Assembly (NCBI GenBank): GCA_030612725.1
Contig: JAUWNJ010000002.1
Coordinates: 64,542 to 128,541 of the forward strand
Direction: 5' to 3'
Origin: Planctomycetales bacterium
GTDB lineage: Bacteria; Planctomycetota; Phycisphaerae; SM23-33
Length of the DNA stretch: 64,000 bases
Each line of letters begins with the position of its first letter. Within the stretch, counting starts at the first letter, position 1. Below are positions 19,185 to 28,877 of this stretch, in pieces. The notes under the pieces were generated by a model that had not been told where the DNA came from, did no database searches, and worked only from the letters and a program-made list of their open reading frames with translations. A program made the position numbers and the translations under genes.

Positions 19185-20954
19185 ATGTTTTTGGACGAAG
19201 TGAACATTATGGTAATCGCCGGTAACGGCGGGGATGGGTGCGTAAGTTTCCGGCGAGAGAAATTCATCCCCCACGGCGGCCCGGACGGGGGAGACGGGGG
19301 AAACGGCGGGAGCGTTTATTGCCTGGCTGACCCTACCGTCAACACACTCTACCACATTGCCGGCAAACACCACTGGAAAGCCACTCACGGCGGCAGGGGA
19401 ATGGGTAAAAAATGCCATGGCCGCAACGGTGTTGATGTTGTCGTTCGCGTCCCGCCCGGAACGATTATCCACGATGCCGAGCACGGCATAGTGCTCAAAG
19501 ACCTCGCCGAAGAGGGCCAAAAGGTTTGCGTCGCACAAGGCGGCCACGGCGGCAAGGGCAACGTCCATTTCGCCACTTCAACCCATCAGACCCCGCGCGA
19601 AGCCATACCGGGTAAGTCAGGACAGACCCGCCGGCTTCACATGGAACTCAAACTCGTCGCCGACGTAGGGCTTGCAGGACTTCCGAACGCCGGTAAAAGC
19701 ACGCTCCTGCGACGACTGTCCGCCGCCAGACCCAAAGTGGCTGATTATCCGTTCACTACGCTTGAGCCGGTTCTCGGAATCGTGGAACTATCAGGGCATC
19801 GACGGTTCGTCATGGTTGATATTCCGGGGCTTATTGAAGGCGCGCATCGTGGCGTGGGGCTGGGCGAGGAGTTTCTCAGGCATGTCCAGCGGGCTTCGAT
19901 TCTCGTCCATATCGTCGATATCTGCCCGCAGACCGGCGATGCCGTCGAAAATTACCACACGATCAATGACGAACTGCGACAGTATTCGTCGGAATTGGCC
20001 GAAAAACCGCAGATCGTCGTCGCAAACAAAATGGACCTGACCGACAGCGACGAAAACCTCGCCCGATTCACCCAAGCCGTCGAATGCGATGTCATCGCCA
20101 TATCAGCAGTTACCGGAAAAGGGCTCGATAAACTGACCGAACGGATATGGAAAGTGCTGAAGGACAGGGACTTGGGACTAGGGATTAGGGAAAAGAAGAA
20201 ACATATGAACAAGACCGAATCCATTCTTGCTTGTGATGTCGGAAATTCTCGGATTGCGGTGGGATGCGTGGTCGATGAGGAAGTTTCGCACGTCCGGCAA
20301 GTTTCCCCCGACAATCTCGGCGATGCGCTGGCGGATTTATGGTCCGAGTGTCCCAAGCCGGCGATAATCGCAGCCTGTTCGGTCCAGGCTGAATATCTGG
20401 CGGAACTTGAAAAGGCGTCCAAACATATCGACCAGAAGGTTCTCGTGGTTGGGCGCGACCTTCCGCTGCCGATAGAGACGAATCTGTCCGAACCGGAAAG
20501 TATCGGAACCGACCGTCTTTGCGCAGCGGCGATGGCGTATCACCGCCTCGGCAGTGCCTGCGTCGTAGCCGATTTCGGTACAGCCATTACCATCGACTGC
20601 GTTAATGACGAGGGCGTCTTCCTCGGCGGAGCGATCCTGCCGGGGCTTGGTCTGTCCGCCGAGGCGTTGGCTAACGGTACGTCGGCCCTGCCTGCTGTGG
20701 AGTTGACCAAACCTGATTGGGTTTTCGGAGCCGACACACGCCAGGCAATTATCGGCGGGATAGTTACCGGCGCACGTGGCGCGATGAGGGAACTTGTCGA
20801 ATCCTACGCAACAGAATTAGGCGCTTGGCCCGAAGTAATCCTCACCGGCGGCGACGCCGAGATTGTCGGAGCAGGCTGCGACATAGTCAACGCCATCATC
20901 CCGGACTTGACGCTGTTGGGGGTTGCGCTATCGGCCCGGAATGTTCAGAAATGA
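19185..20954 (+). CDS. obg: GTPase Obg fused in frame to a type III pantothenate kinase (CoaX) domain
   Basis: Residues 1-320: Obg glycine-rich N-domain and G domain (GLPNAGKST, DIPGLIEGA, NKMD). Linker KDRDLGLGIREKKKH, then MNKTESILACDVGNSRIAVG..., a CoaX/Bvg-accessory fold, to the stop at 20954. No stop codon between the two parts. Confidence 0.8.
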   Translation: MFLDEVNIMVIAGNGGDGCVSFRREKFIPHGGPDGGDGGNGGSVYCLADPTVNTLYHIAGKHHWKATHGGRGMGKKCHGRNGVDVVVRVPPGTIIHDAEHGIVLKDLAEEGQKVCVAQGGHGGKGNVHFATSTHQTPREAIPGKSGQTRRLHMELKLVADVGLAGLPNAGKSTLLRRLSAARPKVADYPFTTLEPVLGIVELSGHRRFVMVDIPGLIEGAHRGVGLGEEFLRHVQRASILVHIVDICPQTGDAVENYHTINDELRQYSSELAEKPQIVVANKMDLTDSDENLARFTQAVECDVIAISAVTGKGLDKLTERIWKVLKDRDLGLGIREKKKHMNKTESILACDVGNSRIAVGCVVDEEVSHVRQVSPDNLGDALADLWSECPKPAIIAACSVQAEYLAELEKASKHIDQKVLVVGRDLPLPIETNLSEPESIGTDRLCAAAMAYHRLGSACVVADFGTAITIDCVNDEGVFLGGAILPGLGLSAEALANGTSALPAVELTKPDWVFGADTRQAIIGGIVTGARGAMRELVESYATELGAWPEVILTGGDAEIVGAGCDIVNAIIPDLTLLGVALSARNVQK

Positions 20955-22078
20955 ACTCGCCGACGATAACATCGGCATCGCTGGTTACTTCGCCCGCTCG
21001 CGGCGGAATCGCCGTCATTATCCTGACAGGCCCGGAAACCAAACGAATCATCGGCGAAATCTTCCGACCAGTATCGCAGACCGGCGGGCAGGGGAGCTTG
21101 GCATTGGGGCGAATTGTCCGTGATGGCGAGGTGCTCGACGAGGCGATTGTCTCAACACTCGCCGACGATTGTTGCGAGATTAACATCCACGGCGGGCCTC
21201 ACGTTGCGAGAAAAGTCCTTTCGCTATTGTCTGAACGAGGCGTACATATTGTTTCTGATTGCCAAGCCGATTCGACGCTGACGCTGTCTGCGCCGGGGCT
21301 GGGAAATTCCGCAATTACGGAAGAATTTCTCTCGGCATTACGCAAGGTATCTACGCCGCTTGGGGCATCGGCATTGAGTTGCCAATGGTCGGGCGGATTG
21401 TCGGTGTTGGCGAATCGGACGAAAGTCGATGCCGCTGCTCTCCGCGCTGCCGCCGATGCGATTCCGATAATGCGCCGATTACTGGAACCGGCTGAGATCG
21501 TCATCGCCGGACCCCCCAATGCCGGAAAAAGCGCCCTGGCTAACGCGCTGGTCGGGCGAAATGTCGCCATAGTGTCCGAAACGCCGGGCACGACGCGGGA
21601 CTGGGTACGCACTCTTACCGACGCCGACGGCGTACCAATCTGGTTGACCGACACTGCCGGACTTTGGGAAGAAGCCGAAGGTATCGACGCCGAAGCCGTC
21701 CGGCGAGCATGGGAACGGATCGAATCAGCCGACCTGGTTATCTGTGTTACCGTCGGCGACGATGACGGATATGACGGCCTGGTCGCACATCTCCACACGC
21801 TGACGAATGTCATTAATGTCGTCGGAAAATGCGATATTACCCGCCCGGAAGAATGTAAGGGGAAACTGGCAGTCTCTGCCAAGACATTTACCGGAATTAC
21901 CGATCTTCGACGGGCCATTTGCGAGGATTTGGGGTTTGGTGGCTTCGATCCGTCTTCAGCGATGGCATTCACCGAGCGCCAGGTCGAATGGCTTGGTATC
22001 GCTGCCGAGGCGATTGACCGGGGCGATCAGGCAGGAGCACGATTGGCATTGGAGAATCTGCTCCAAGCCGACGGATAG
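20951..22078 (+). CDS. mnmE: tRNA modification GTPase MnmE-like (shortened C-terminus)
   Basis: MnmE N-domain, then G domain GPPNAGKSALAN...TPGTTRD...DTAG. The ATG overlaps the coaX-part stop (ATGA). The protein ends ...LENLLQADG and lacks the usual C-terminal CxGK tail. Confidence 0.75.
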   Translation: MNSPTITSASLVTSPARGGIAVIILTGPETKRIIGEIFRPVSQTGGQGSLALGRIVRDGEVLDEAIVSTLADDCCEINIHGGPHVARKVLSLLSERGVHIVSDCQADSTLTLSAPGLGNSAITEEFLSALRKVSTPLGASALSCQWSGGLSVLANRTKVDAAALRAAADAIPIMRRLLEPAEIVIAGPPNAGKSALANALVGRNVAIVSETPGTTRDWVRTLTDADGVPIWLTDTAGLWEEAEGIDAEAVRRAWERIESADLVICVTVGDDDGYDGLVAHLHTLTNVINVVGKCDITRPEECKGKLAVSAKTFTGITDLRRAICEDLGFGGFDPSSAMAFTERQVEWLGIAAEAIDRGDQAGARLALENLLQADG

Positions 22079-22338
22079 CTATCCGTCGGCTTGGACATCT
22101 ACCGGTTGTGCAATGTGTAGCGTTTGGGTAAAATAGACAAGGTTGCAGAGAATTCCCGATGCTTCTAAAATTTATTAAAAATTTGTATTGAAACTGTCTG
22201 GTCCTGTGCTGTAAGATAGAGTGGTCATTTCGAGCGGTGAAGGTGCGGTTGATAATTGGGGTCAAACCACCATGCCTGCTCAATTCCAGTCATATGTGCT
22301 TTTCGGAATGTTCGAGATTTTATCGGAAATCGTGAGGC

Positions 22339-22551
22339 GTGGAGCGTACAGTGAAACTATGGATAAAAGTACGGCGTAACGACGGGGGCGGATTCACCGC
22401 TATCTGTCCGTCGCTTCCGGGGTGTGTCTCTGCCGGCCTGACCGCTCAACAGGCCAGAGAGAATCTGGAAGAGGCCATTCGTGGATACCTTGCCAGCGTA
22501 AATAACTTTGTACCGGCCCATCTCCACGAAATGCTGGTGTATCAGTCCTGA
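22339..22551 (+). CDS. HicB-like antitoxin / UPF0150 family protein (solitary)
   Basis: GGFTAICPSLPGCVSAGLTAQQARENLEEAIRGYL matches the UPF0150/HicB N-domain. No HicA-like gene adjacent. Confidence 0.55.
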   Translation: MERTVKLWIKVRRNDGGGFTAICPSLPGCVSAGLTAQQARENLEEAIRGYLASVNNFVPAHLHEMLVYQS

Positions 22552-22661
22552 AATAATTTCGCACCAGGGAGGGTGTGCGTAAAGGGGGAATATATTGTCT
22601 TATAACACCATCAAATGATTACCACTATCCCGAAACTGGTCGAAGACTTTTCTGAAACCGT

Positions 22662-25600
22662 TTAGCGTATCTTGACAGTCTTGATCTCAAACGCCCGGAA
22701 GTTGAGAGTTATCGCGCCGTCTTTACTCACGCGCAATTTCCGAAACGGCGTTTCCAGCATGTCGCACTCGGAGGCCGTTTTTACCGGTGTCGCAACATTC
22801 AGGCGAACTTTCGCCGCACTACCGGCGGATTCGTACAGCCGGAGGATTAAGTCGCCGCCGTCTTCGGCAATCTTTACCGTTTCGACAACAACCGAATTTC
22901 CCGAAACCTGAAGGAAGGAGAACTCCCCGCCGGACTTCGACGAGCTCAGTCGAGTCGCGTATTGCCCCGGCTCGACGGAGGCGGGGACGTTGAGTTCGTA
23001 GGCGGCGCGGACGACGTCGCTTTCGGTAAATCCGCCGTTGTGCGGCAGCAGGGCGTAGGTAAAGACGTGTTCGCCCTTATCTGCCTGTCCGTCCGGCGCA
23101 ACGGGCGCACGCAGCAGACTCAGACGCAACACACCGTCCAAAATGTCGTAGCCGTATTTGCAATCGTTCAAAACGGCGATGCCATAGTGTGCCTCGCTCA
23201 GGTCGGCCCATTTCTGCGCAGGCCATTCGAACCGTGCCTTTTCAAATTCCGTATTGCGGTGGGTGGGGCGGACGACGTGCCCGAACTGTATCTCCCCGCG
23301 CAGCGTGGATGAAGACAAATCGGCTGGGAAGGCGACCTTCAGCAGGCGATGCGTCTCCCGCCAATCGACGCGCGTTTCAAAATCTATTCGGCGCGAACCG
23401 GCGCGAAGGACTATCTCCTGCTGCAGGCTCGACCGACTCACCTTACGGGTTACCGCTATGCGAGCCTCCAGAGGTCCGTCCGCGATGATTTCGACCCGTT
23501 GGGCAGGGCCGATCCGAACAGGCGTGGTCCTGTAAGGCTCGTCGATGTCCCACGCGTCGAACTTTGCGGGGTTGTCGCGGTACAGTTCCAGGCGATTCAT
23601 AACCTCGCCTGTCTTTACCAATCGTCGACCGGCGGCCTTGTCCAGCAATTGGGCGATCTGACCTCGCTTGTCGATTAGCAGGCGAAGGTGTTCGTTTTCC
23701 ATGACGATTCCGCCTCGCGACGCCTTCGCCGTTACGGGCGACGGACAGTCGGCGGGTTTTCCGGGAAGGACTTTTATCGTCTTGCATCCAACCGAGGGGA
23801 TATTCGGCACAGCCACCAGGAGCCGGCGATTCCGTACCCGCCCGACAATCCGGCTCGGAAGGGGAGTACCGTCGCAATCGACGACTTGGCCGACTTTACC
23901 CTCAACCGGCAGACTTACCACGGCGTCTCGCCGCCAGGACAGCGTGTTCCATACGGTCCAACCGGACCGACCGGTGGTTAGGACCTTTTGGGCCGACGAT
24001 GTGATTTCTTCACATTCCGCCAGGATTTTCCCGTACAACGCTTCGGCCTCTTCGTTCACACGTTGGATGGACGAGCCGGGAAGTATGTCGTGGAACTGGT
24101 TCAGCAGCAGACCTTTCCATGCCTTTTCCAATCGTTCGCGCGGAACCTTTCGTCCTCGCGTTACCGAAGCAATGGCCGAGAAGATTTCGGCTTCGCGCAG
24201 CGCGAATTCGCACTTTCGATTACCACGCTTGATGCGTGCCTGGCTGGTGTAAGTACCGCGATGAAATTCATAATATAGTTCGCCGACATAGCGGTCCTGC
24301 GGCGGGCCTGACTTTTCCAACTCGGCGAAGAACTCCCTCGGAGATGCTATGCGGGTGCGGGGCAGACCTTCCAGGTCGCCCTCGCGCCGGAGGTATTCAA
24401 GGTGGTCGCGCGTCGGTCCGCCGCCACCGTCGCCCCATCCGAACGGATAGAGCAACTTGTCGGTTTCGTCCTTGTGTACGCAATCGCCCCATCGTTTGGC
24501 GACAGATTCAGGGTCCGTTCGGGCATTGTAGTCGCGGTGAAAATGGGCGAGGACGCCGCTGCCATCGATACCTTCCCAGGTGAATGTCTCGTATGGGAAG
24601 GTCGTCCCGCCGTGGAGATTCCAGAATATCTTGGCAGTGGTGAAGTATTTTACGCCACACCCGAGGAGAATCTGCGGCAGGCTGCCGCTGTAGCCAAACA
24701 CGTCCGGCAACCAGCATACCTCGCTGTCGATGCCGAAGTGCTCCTTGAAGTAACGTTTTCCGTAGAGGAGTTGGCGGATGATCGCCTCGCCGCCTGATAT
24801 GTTGGTGTCCGGTTCGACCCACATTGCTCCGTCGGGAATCCACTGCCCGCGTCGCACAGCCCGGCGAATATCCTCGAAAATATCCGGATAGTCCCGACTT
24901 GCGTACTCGTACAACTGCGGCTGGCTCTGGAGAAAGCGGTATTCGGGATATTGTTTCATCAGCGCCAATGCGGTGGAAAAAGTAGCGCCGACCTTGCGAT
25001 AACTCTGCGCCAGAGGCCAGCGCCAGGCTACGTCTATATGGGCATGTCCGAAGCAGAACATCTCCGGCATTGTCGGCCCGTTGCGGGAGGACAGCAGGTC
25101 GGACAGAATTGCTTTGGCTGCGGCGAGTGAACTATCGAAAACTACCGCATCGGCCTCCGGATCGATCAGGGCGGTAACCTTTTTGATTGCCTTTTCCAGG
25201 CGATGGCGGCGGAGCGAATCGTCCGGTAAAGCCTCGGCCAATCCCCAGACGGTCGTCGCGTCGAGCCATAACTGATAGGTCTGCTCGTTCCATTCGGCCA
25301 GCCACAGTCCTTTGAATGTCTGCTGGGCATGGGGGGTCGGTGGAATCGGGTCCGTACCGGGTAAAACATATGGCCTGTGAGAAGGAGTGGGGCCGTGCCC
25401 GGCATAGGTCTCGATAAGGATTTTCAGTGTACCGGCGCCTTTGACCAGGCGAGACAAGTCCACTTCGCGGTGGTATTTATTCAGGCCTCCGACGGCCCGA
25501 CCGGCAACGAAAACGACTGACTCGGCGTCGATGTTACCCGTCAGGACAATGGTTTTGCTTTTCGTCGCGCGTGGAACGTCCGCCTTGCATCGAAACCAGG

Positions 25601-25796
25601 CATACTGCCATTTCCGTCCCCACTTCCTGCCCCGGCGGATCGGGCGATATCGCAGGCGGGAAGATTGGGACGGTGTGAGATGCTCCGATGTTACGGCAAA
25701 TTCAGCCGGTAACTCCACAACCGGCGAAACGACTCGATTGCGAATCGCCTCCAGCCAATGCTCTATACGAGCCTTCCAGACAGTCGGTATCGTCAT
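22662..25796 (-). CDS. glycoside hydrolase family 38 alpha-mannosidase
   Basis: GH38 N-terminal catalytic region (HAHIDVAWRW, WLPDVFGYSG) and C-terminal beta-rich domains. The start is set at MTIPTVWKAR. Confidence 0.85.
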   Translation of the reverse strand: MTIPTVWKARIEHWLEAIRNRVVSPVVELPAEFAVTSEHLTPSQSSRLRYRPIRRGRKWGRKWQYAWFRCKADVPRATKSKTIVLTGNIDAESVVFVAGRAVGGLNKYHREVDLSRLVKGAGTLKILIETYAGHGPTPSHRPYVLPGTDPIPPTPHAQQTFKGLWLAEWNEQTYQLWLDATTVWGLAEALPDDSLRRHRLEKAIKKVTALIDPEADAVVFDSSLAAAKAILSDLLSSRNGPTMPEMFCFGHAHIDVAWRWPLAQSYRKVGATFSTALALMKQYPEYRFLQSQPQLYEYASRDYPDIFEDIRRAVRRGQWIPDGAMWVEPDTNISGGEAIIRQLLYGKRYFKEHFGIDSEVCWLPDVFGYSGSLPQILLGCGVKYFTTAKIFWNLHGGTTFPYETFTWEGIDGSGVLAHFHRDYNARTDPESVAKRWGDCVHKDETDKLLYPFGWGDGGGGPTRDHLEYLRREGDLEGLPRTRIASPREFFAELEKSGPPQDRYVGELYYEFHRGTYTSQARIKRGNRKCEFALREAEIFSAIASVTRGRKVPRERLEKAWKGLLLNQFHDILPGSSIQRVNEEAEALYGKILAECEEITSSAQKVLTTGRSGWTVWNTLSWRRDAVVSLPVEGKVGQVVDCDGTPLPSRIVGRVRNRRLLVAVPNIPSVGCKTIKVLPGKPADCPSPVTAKASRGGIVMENEHLRLLIDKRGQIAQLLDKAAGRRLVKTGEVMNRLELYRDNPAKFDAWDIDEPYRTTPVRIGPAQRVEIIADGPLEARIAVTRKVSRSSLQQEIVLRAGSRRIDFETRVDWRETHRLLKVAFPADLSSSTLRGEIQFGHVVRPTHRNTEFEKARFEWPAQKWADLSEAHYGIAVLNDCKYGYDILDGVLRLSLLRAPVAPDGQADKGEHVFTYALLPHNGGFTESDVVRAAYELNVPASVEPGQYATRLSSSKSGGEFSFLQVSGNSVVVETVKIAEDGGDLILRLYESAGSAAKVRLNVATPVKTASECDMLETPFRKLRVSKDGAITLNFRAFEIKTVKIR

Positions 25797-25951
25797 TGCA
25801 GAAAATCCTTTCCGAAGAAAAAGAGGACGGGGTCTCTTTCCCGCATCATTCACAAGATTTCTTCTTATACTCTCTCCTGCCGGCAAAAAAAAGACTCCCG
25901 CCCCCTTTTCCCTTGTGGTATCCTTACCGCTCAACAGTGAAAGGAAGAAGT

Positions 25952-27205
25952 ATGTTCAAAAATGTGAACGACTTGACCGACGCCGTACGAAAGGCCGTTG
26001 AGACGACCGTTGTTACCGATGTCCACACGCACCTGTTCCCGCCGAGTTATGACGAGGCGTTGCTCTGGGGCGCAGACGAGATATTAACCTATCATTACCT
26101 GGTAACGGAACTGTTCACCGTCGCGCCACACAGCCTGACGTGTGAAAAATTCTTTTCCCTTCCGAAATCCGCACAGGCCGACCTGGTTTGGGAGCATATT
26201 TTCCTCAAGGGCGGCGCGCTGTCCGAAGCCGCTCGCGGCGTAATCACAACCTTCAACCATCTCGGTCTGGACGTAGCCGGACGCGACCTCGCCGGGATAC
26301 GGAAATGGTTCGCCGAACAGAATATCGACGAATACCTCGCCAAAGTCTTCGAAATGGCGAATATCGATTACGCCGTGATGACCAACAGCGCCTTCAGCGC
26401 CGCCGAAGCCGATTTCTGGCGGCAGGACCTGCCGGTACCAGATTGTCTCAAGACATCGCTGCGAATTGATACGCTGTTCGACGACGGTTGGGAAAAGGCA
26501 GTCGAAGTCATGTCCGATGCCGGTTACGACGTCAAGATCGAGCCGGATGATAAGACCTACGACGAAGTCCGCCGTTTTCTTGTCGATTGGTCGGAGCGGA
26601 TTAAACCGGTGTACTTCGCCGCTTCGATCGGACCTGATGAATTCGCCTATGGCGACGATAATCCGTTCACCCATGTGATTGATCGGGCGGTCATGCCGGC
26701 AGCGGTCGAGGTCGGCGTGCCTTTCGCGTTGATGATAGGCGCGCGCGGGGCAGTGAACCCGAACCTTCGCGCCGGCGGCGCAGGTGTAGGGGTCGCCGAC
26801 GTAATGTCCCTGACGAGAATGCTCCAGAACCACGCCGATGGAAAATTCCTCGTTACGATGCTCTCACGCGACAACCAGCACGAACTGACCGTCCTTGCCC
26901 GGAAATTCGGTAATCTGCACCTGTTCGGATGCTGGTGGTACTGCAATAACCCGAGCATCATCGACGAAATGACGCGCCAGAGGCTCGAACTGCTGGGAAC
27001 GGCCTTTACTTCCCAGCACTCCGACGCCCGCGTACTGGACCAGTTAATCTATAAATGGAGCCATACGCGGAAGATCGTCGCCGACATCCTCGTCGAGAAG
27101 TACAGCGACCTGTTCGCTGCCGGGTGGAGGCCGACTCAGGAGGAAATCACCCGCGACGTCCGCGCCATCTTTGGCGGGTCGTTTGAGGCGTTCCTGGAAA
27201 AATGA
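25952..27205 (+). CDS. uxaC: glucuronate isomerase family protein
   Basis: DVHTHL metal-binding N-terminus and a C-terminal GCWWYCNNPSIIDEMTRQ...SQHSDARVLDQLIYKW pattern like the UxaC C-terminal region. AAGGAAG RBS. Confidence 0.75.
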   Translation: MFKNVNDLTDAVRKAVETTVVTDVHTHLFPPSYDEALLWGADEILTYHYLVTELFTVAPHSLTCEKFFSLPKSAQADLVWEHIFLKGGALSEAARGVITTFNHLGLDVAGRDLAGIRKWFAEQNIDEYLAKVFEMANIDYAVMTNSAFSAAEADFWRQDLPVPDCLKTSLRIDTLFDDGWEKAVEVMSDAGYDVKIEPDDKTYDEVRRFLVDWSERIKPVYFAASIGPDEFAYGDDNPFTHVIDRAVMPAAVEVGVPFALMIGARGAVNPNLRAGGAGVGVADVMSLTRMLQNHADGKFLVTMLSRDNQHELTVLARKFGNLHLFGCWWYCNNPSIIDEMTRQRLELLGTAFTSQHSDARVLDQLIYKWSHTRKIVADILVEKYSDLFAAGWRPTQEEITRDVRAIFGGSFEAFLEK

Positions 27206-27242
27206 AACCCGCATCCGACACTAAAATGACAAGACAGCAGAT

Positions 27243-28097
27243 ATGAGTAAAGATTTGTCTCATCCGAAGTTTCCGTTGATTCCCGGCATCGCCGGCGGGC
27301 TTGGGCCTTTTGCGCATGTCGGGTTCGAGAAGCGCCTTCTGGAACTGTCGGCTGAACGTTTCGGCGCAGACGGCGACGCCGATTTCCCCGAATGGATTGT
27401 ATCGAGCGTTCCGCAGGTTCCCGTCCGGTCCGAAGCGCTTCTCGGAAAGGCATCCGACCCCAAGCCGTTCCTGCTCCGGTCGTTTCGCCGACTCGAGCGG
27501 GCCGGCGCCGATTTCCTGTGCGTTACATGCAACACAGCCCACGCCTTCCTTCCGGCAATCGCCGACGAGATACCGCTGCCACTTATTCACGTTGCTATCG
27601 AGACGGTCGATTATGTGCTTCGGCATTATCCGTCGGTAAAGCGTGTGGGGCTTTTGGCGACGACGGGGATATGCCGGTTCGGACTGTTCAGCCAAATCTT
27701 CGCCGGTAGGGGAGTCGAGTTGGTTTATCCGCCCGACAGCGAGGATGAATCCGACCCGTCGAATCTAATGGAAAGACTCGTCATGCAGGCGATTTATGGT
27801 CCTTATGTCGATGGTAAACGCTCCGGCGGGATCAAAACCGGGCTGATCGATGAGGGCGACCCTTCGCCGAAGGAGTTGCTGCGGGAGGCAGCCAGGGGGC
27901 TGGTCGAGCAGCAGGGGGCGGAAGTTGTCATTGTCGCCTGTTCGGAAATTTCGCTGGCCATGGGTCCGGAAGATGCTTCGGTTCCGGTCGTCGATACAAT
28001 GGACGTTCTGGCATTGGCTGTACTGGACCTGGCCCGGGGCGAGCGTTCGCTGCAAGACCTGCCTGACCCCGACGCCTGGCCTGATCCGAAACAGTAA
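27243..28097 (+). CDS. aspartate/glutamate/hydantoin racemase family protein
   Basis: Two-domain racemase pattern with Cys-containing motifs (CVTCNTAH, VIVACSE). Confidence 0.8.
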   Translation: MSKDLSHPKFPLIPGIAGGLGPFAHVGFEKRLLELSAERFGADGDADFPEWIVSSVPQVPVRSEALLGKASDPKPFLLRSFRRLERAGADFLCVTCNTAHAFLPAIADEIPLPLIHVAIETVDYVLRHYPSVKRVGLLATTGICRFGLFSQIFAGRGVELVYPPDSEDESDPSNLMERLVMQAIYGPYVDGKRSGGIKTGLIDEGDPSPKELLREAARGLVEQQGAEVVIVACSEISLAMGPEDASVPVVDTMDVLALAVLDLARGERSLQDLPDPDAWPDPKQ

Positions 28098-28175
28098 CCC
28101 GGCTGGGAATATACACAATATTACGATATAGTACCGATTACGTTGGTTTTGCCCTTTTGGGCAGGACAGTGTTGA

Positions 28176-28877
28176 ATGGTTATTTCCGGTTCTAATCCGT
28201 GGGGGCGGTTGAACAGCGGGCCTTTGATTGCGCCGTCGCTGCTGGCGTGTGATTTCGCGCGTGTCGGCGAGCAGGTTGACGCTGTCGTCGCCGCCGGGGC
28301 AGAGGTTCTGCACGTCGATATAATGGACGGGCATTTTGTACCGAATCTGTCGATGGGGCCTGGGTTCGTCAAGAGCATCCGCGCCTTTACCGATTGCCCG
28401 CTCGACGTGCATATTATGGTGTCCGACCCGCTTTATTTCGCCGAACGGTTCGCCGATGCCGGTGCTGATTCGGTTACTTTCCACATCGAAGCCGCCGATA
28501 AACCACGCGAAATAATAGATTTGCTTCGATGCCGAGGTTTGGGGGTGGGCGTGTCCGTAAAACCCACTACACAGGCCGGGGCGATTGACGGTATAATACA
28601 GGACGTCGATCTGGTATTGGTGATGACGGTCGAGCCTGGTTATGGTGGGCAGAAGTTTATGGAAGATCAGTTACCGAAGATCGAGCGGATTCGCTCCGTA
28701 CTTCGTCCTGAGCAGCGTCTCCAGGTCGATGGCGGGATTAATCCGATTACTGCCGCCCGTTGCGCATCCGCCGGTGCGGACGTATTCGTAGCAGGCGCAA
28801 ACATCTTTGGCAGCAGCAATATCGCCGAAGCAATAACTCTTTTACAGAATGTAGTTACAGAGAAAATAGATAAATAA
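28176..28877 (+). CDS. rpe: ribulose-phosphate 3-epimerase
   Basis: LIAPSLLACDFARVGE, HVDIMDGHFVPNLS, MTVEPGYGGQKF. Confidence 0.9.
   Translation: MVISGSNPWGRLNSGPLIAPSLLACDFARVGEQVDAVVAAGAEVLHVDIMDGHFVPNLSMGPGFVKSIRAFTDCPLDVHIMVSDPLYFAERFADAGADSVTFHIEAADKPREIIDLLRCRGLGVGVSVKPTTQAGAIDGIIQDVDLVLVMTVEPGYGGQKFMEDQLPKIERIRSVLRPEQRLQVDGGINPITAARCASAGADVFVAGANIFGSSNIAEAITLLQNVVTEKIDK

Noticed and set aside
22060-22090. A 15-bp perfect palindrome overlapping the mnmE stop, as a Rho-independent terminator.
   Set aside because: No downstream T-tract. It is probably just another short palindromic repeat, noted only in the mnmE finding.
22232-22340. A possible HicA toxin gene upstream of the HicB-like gene.
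   Set aside because: The only ORF there (about 35 aa, MPAQFQSYVLFGMFEILSEIVRR...) shows no HicA features, so the HicB-like gene is treated as solitary.
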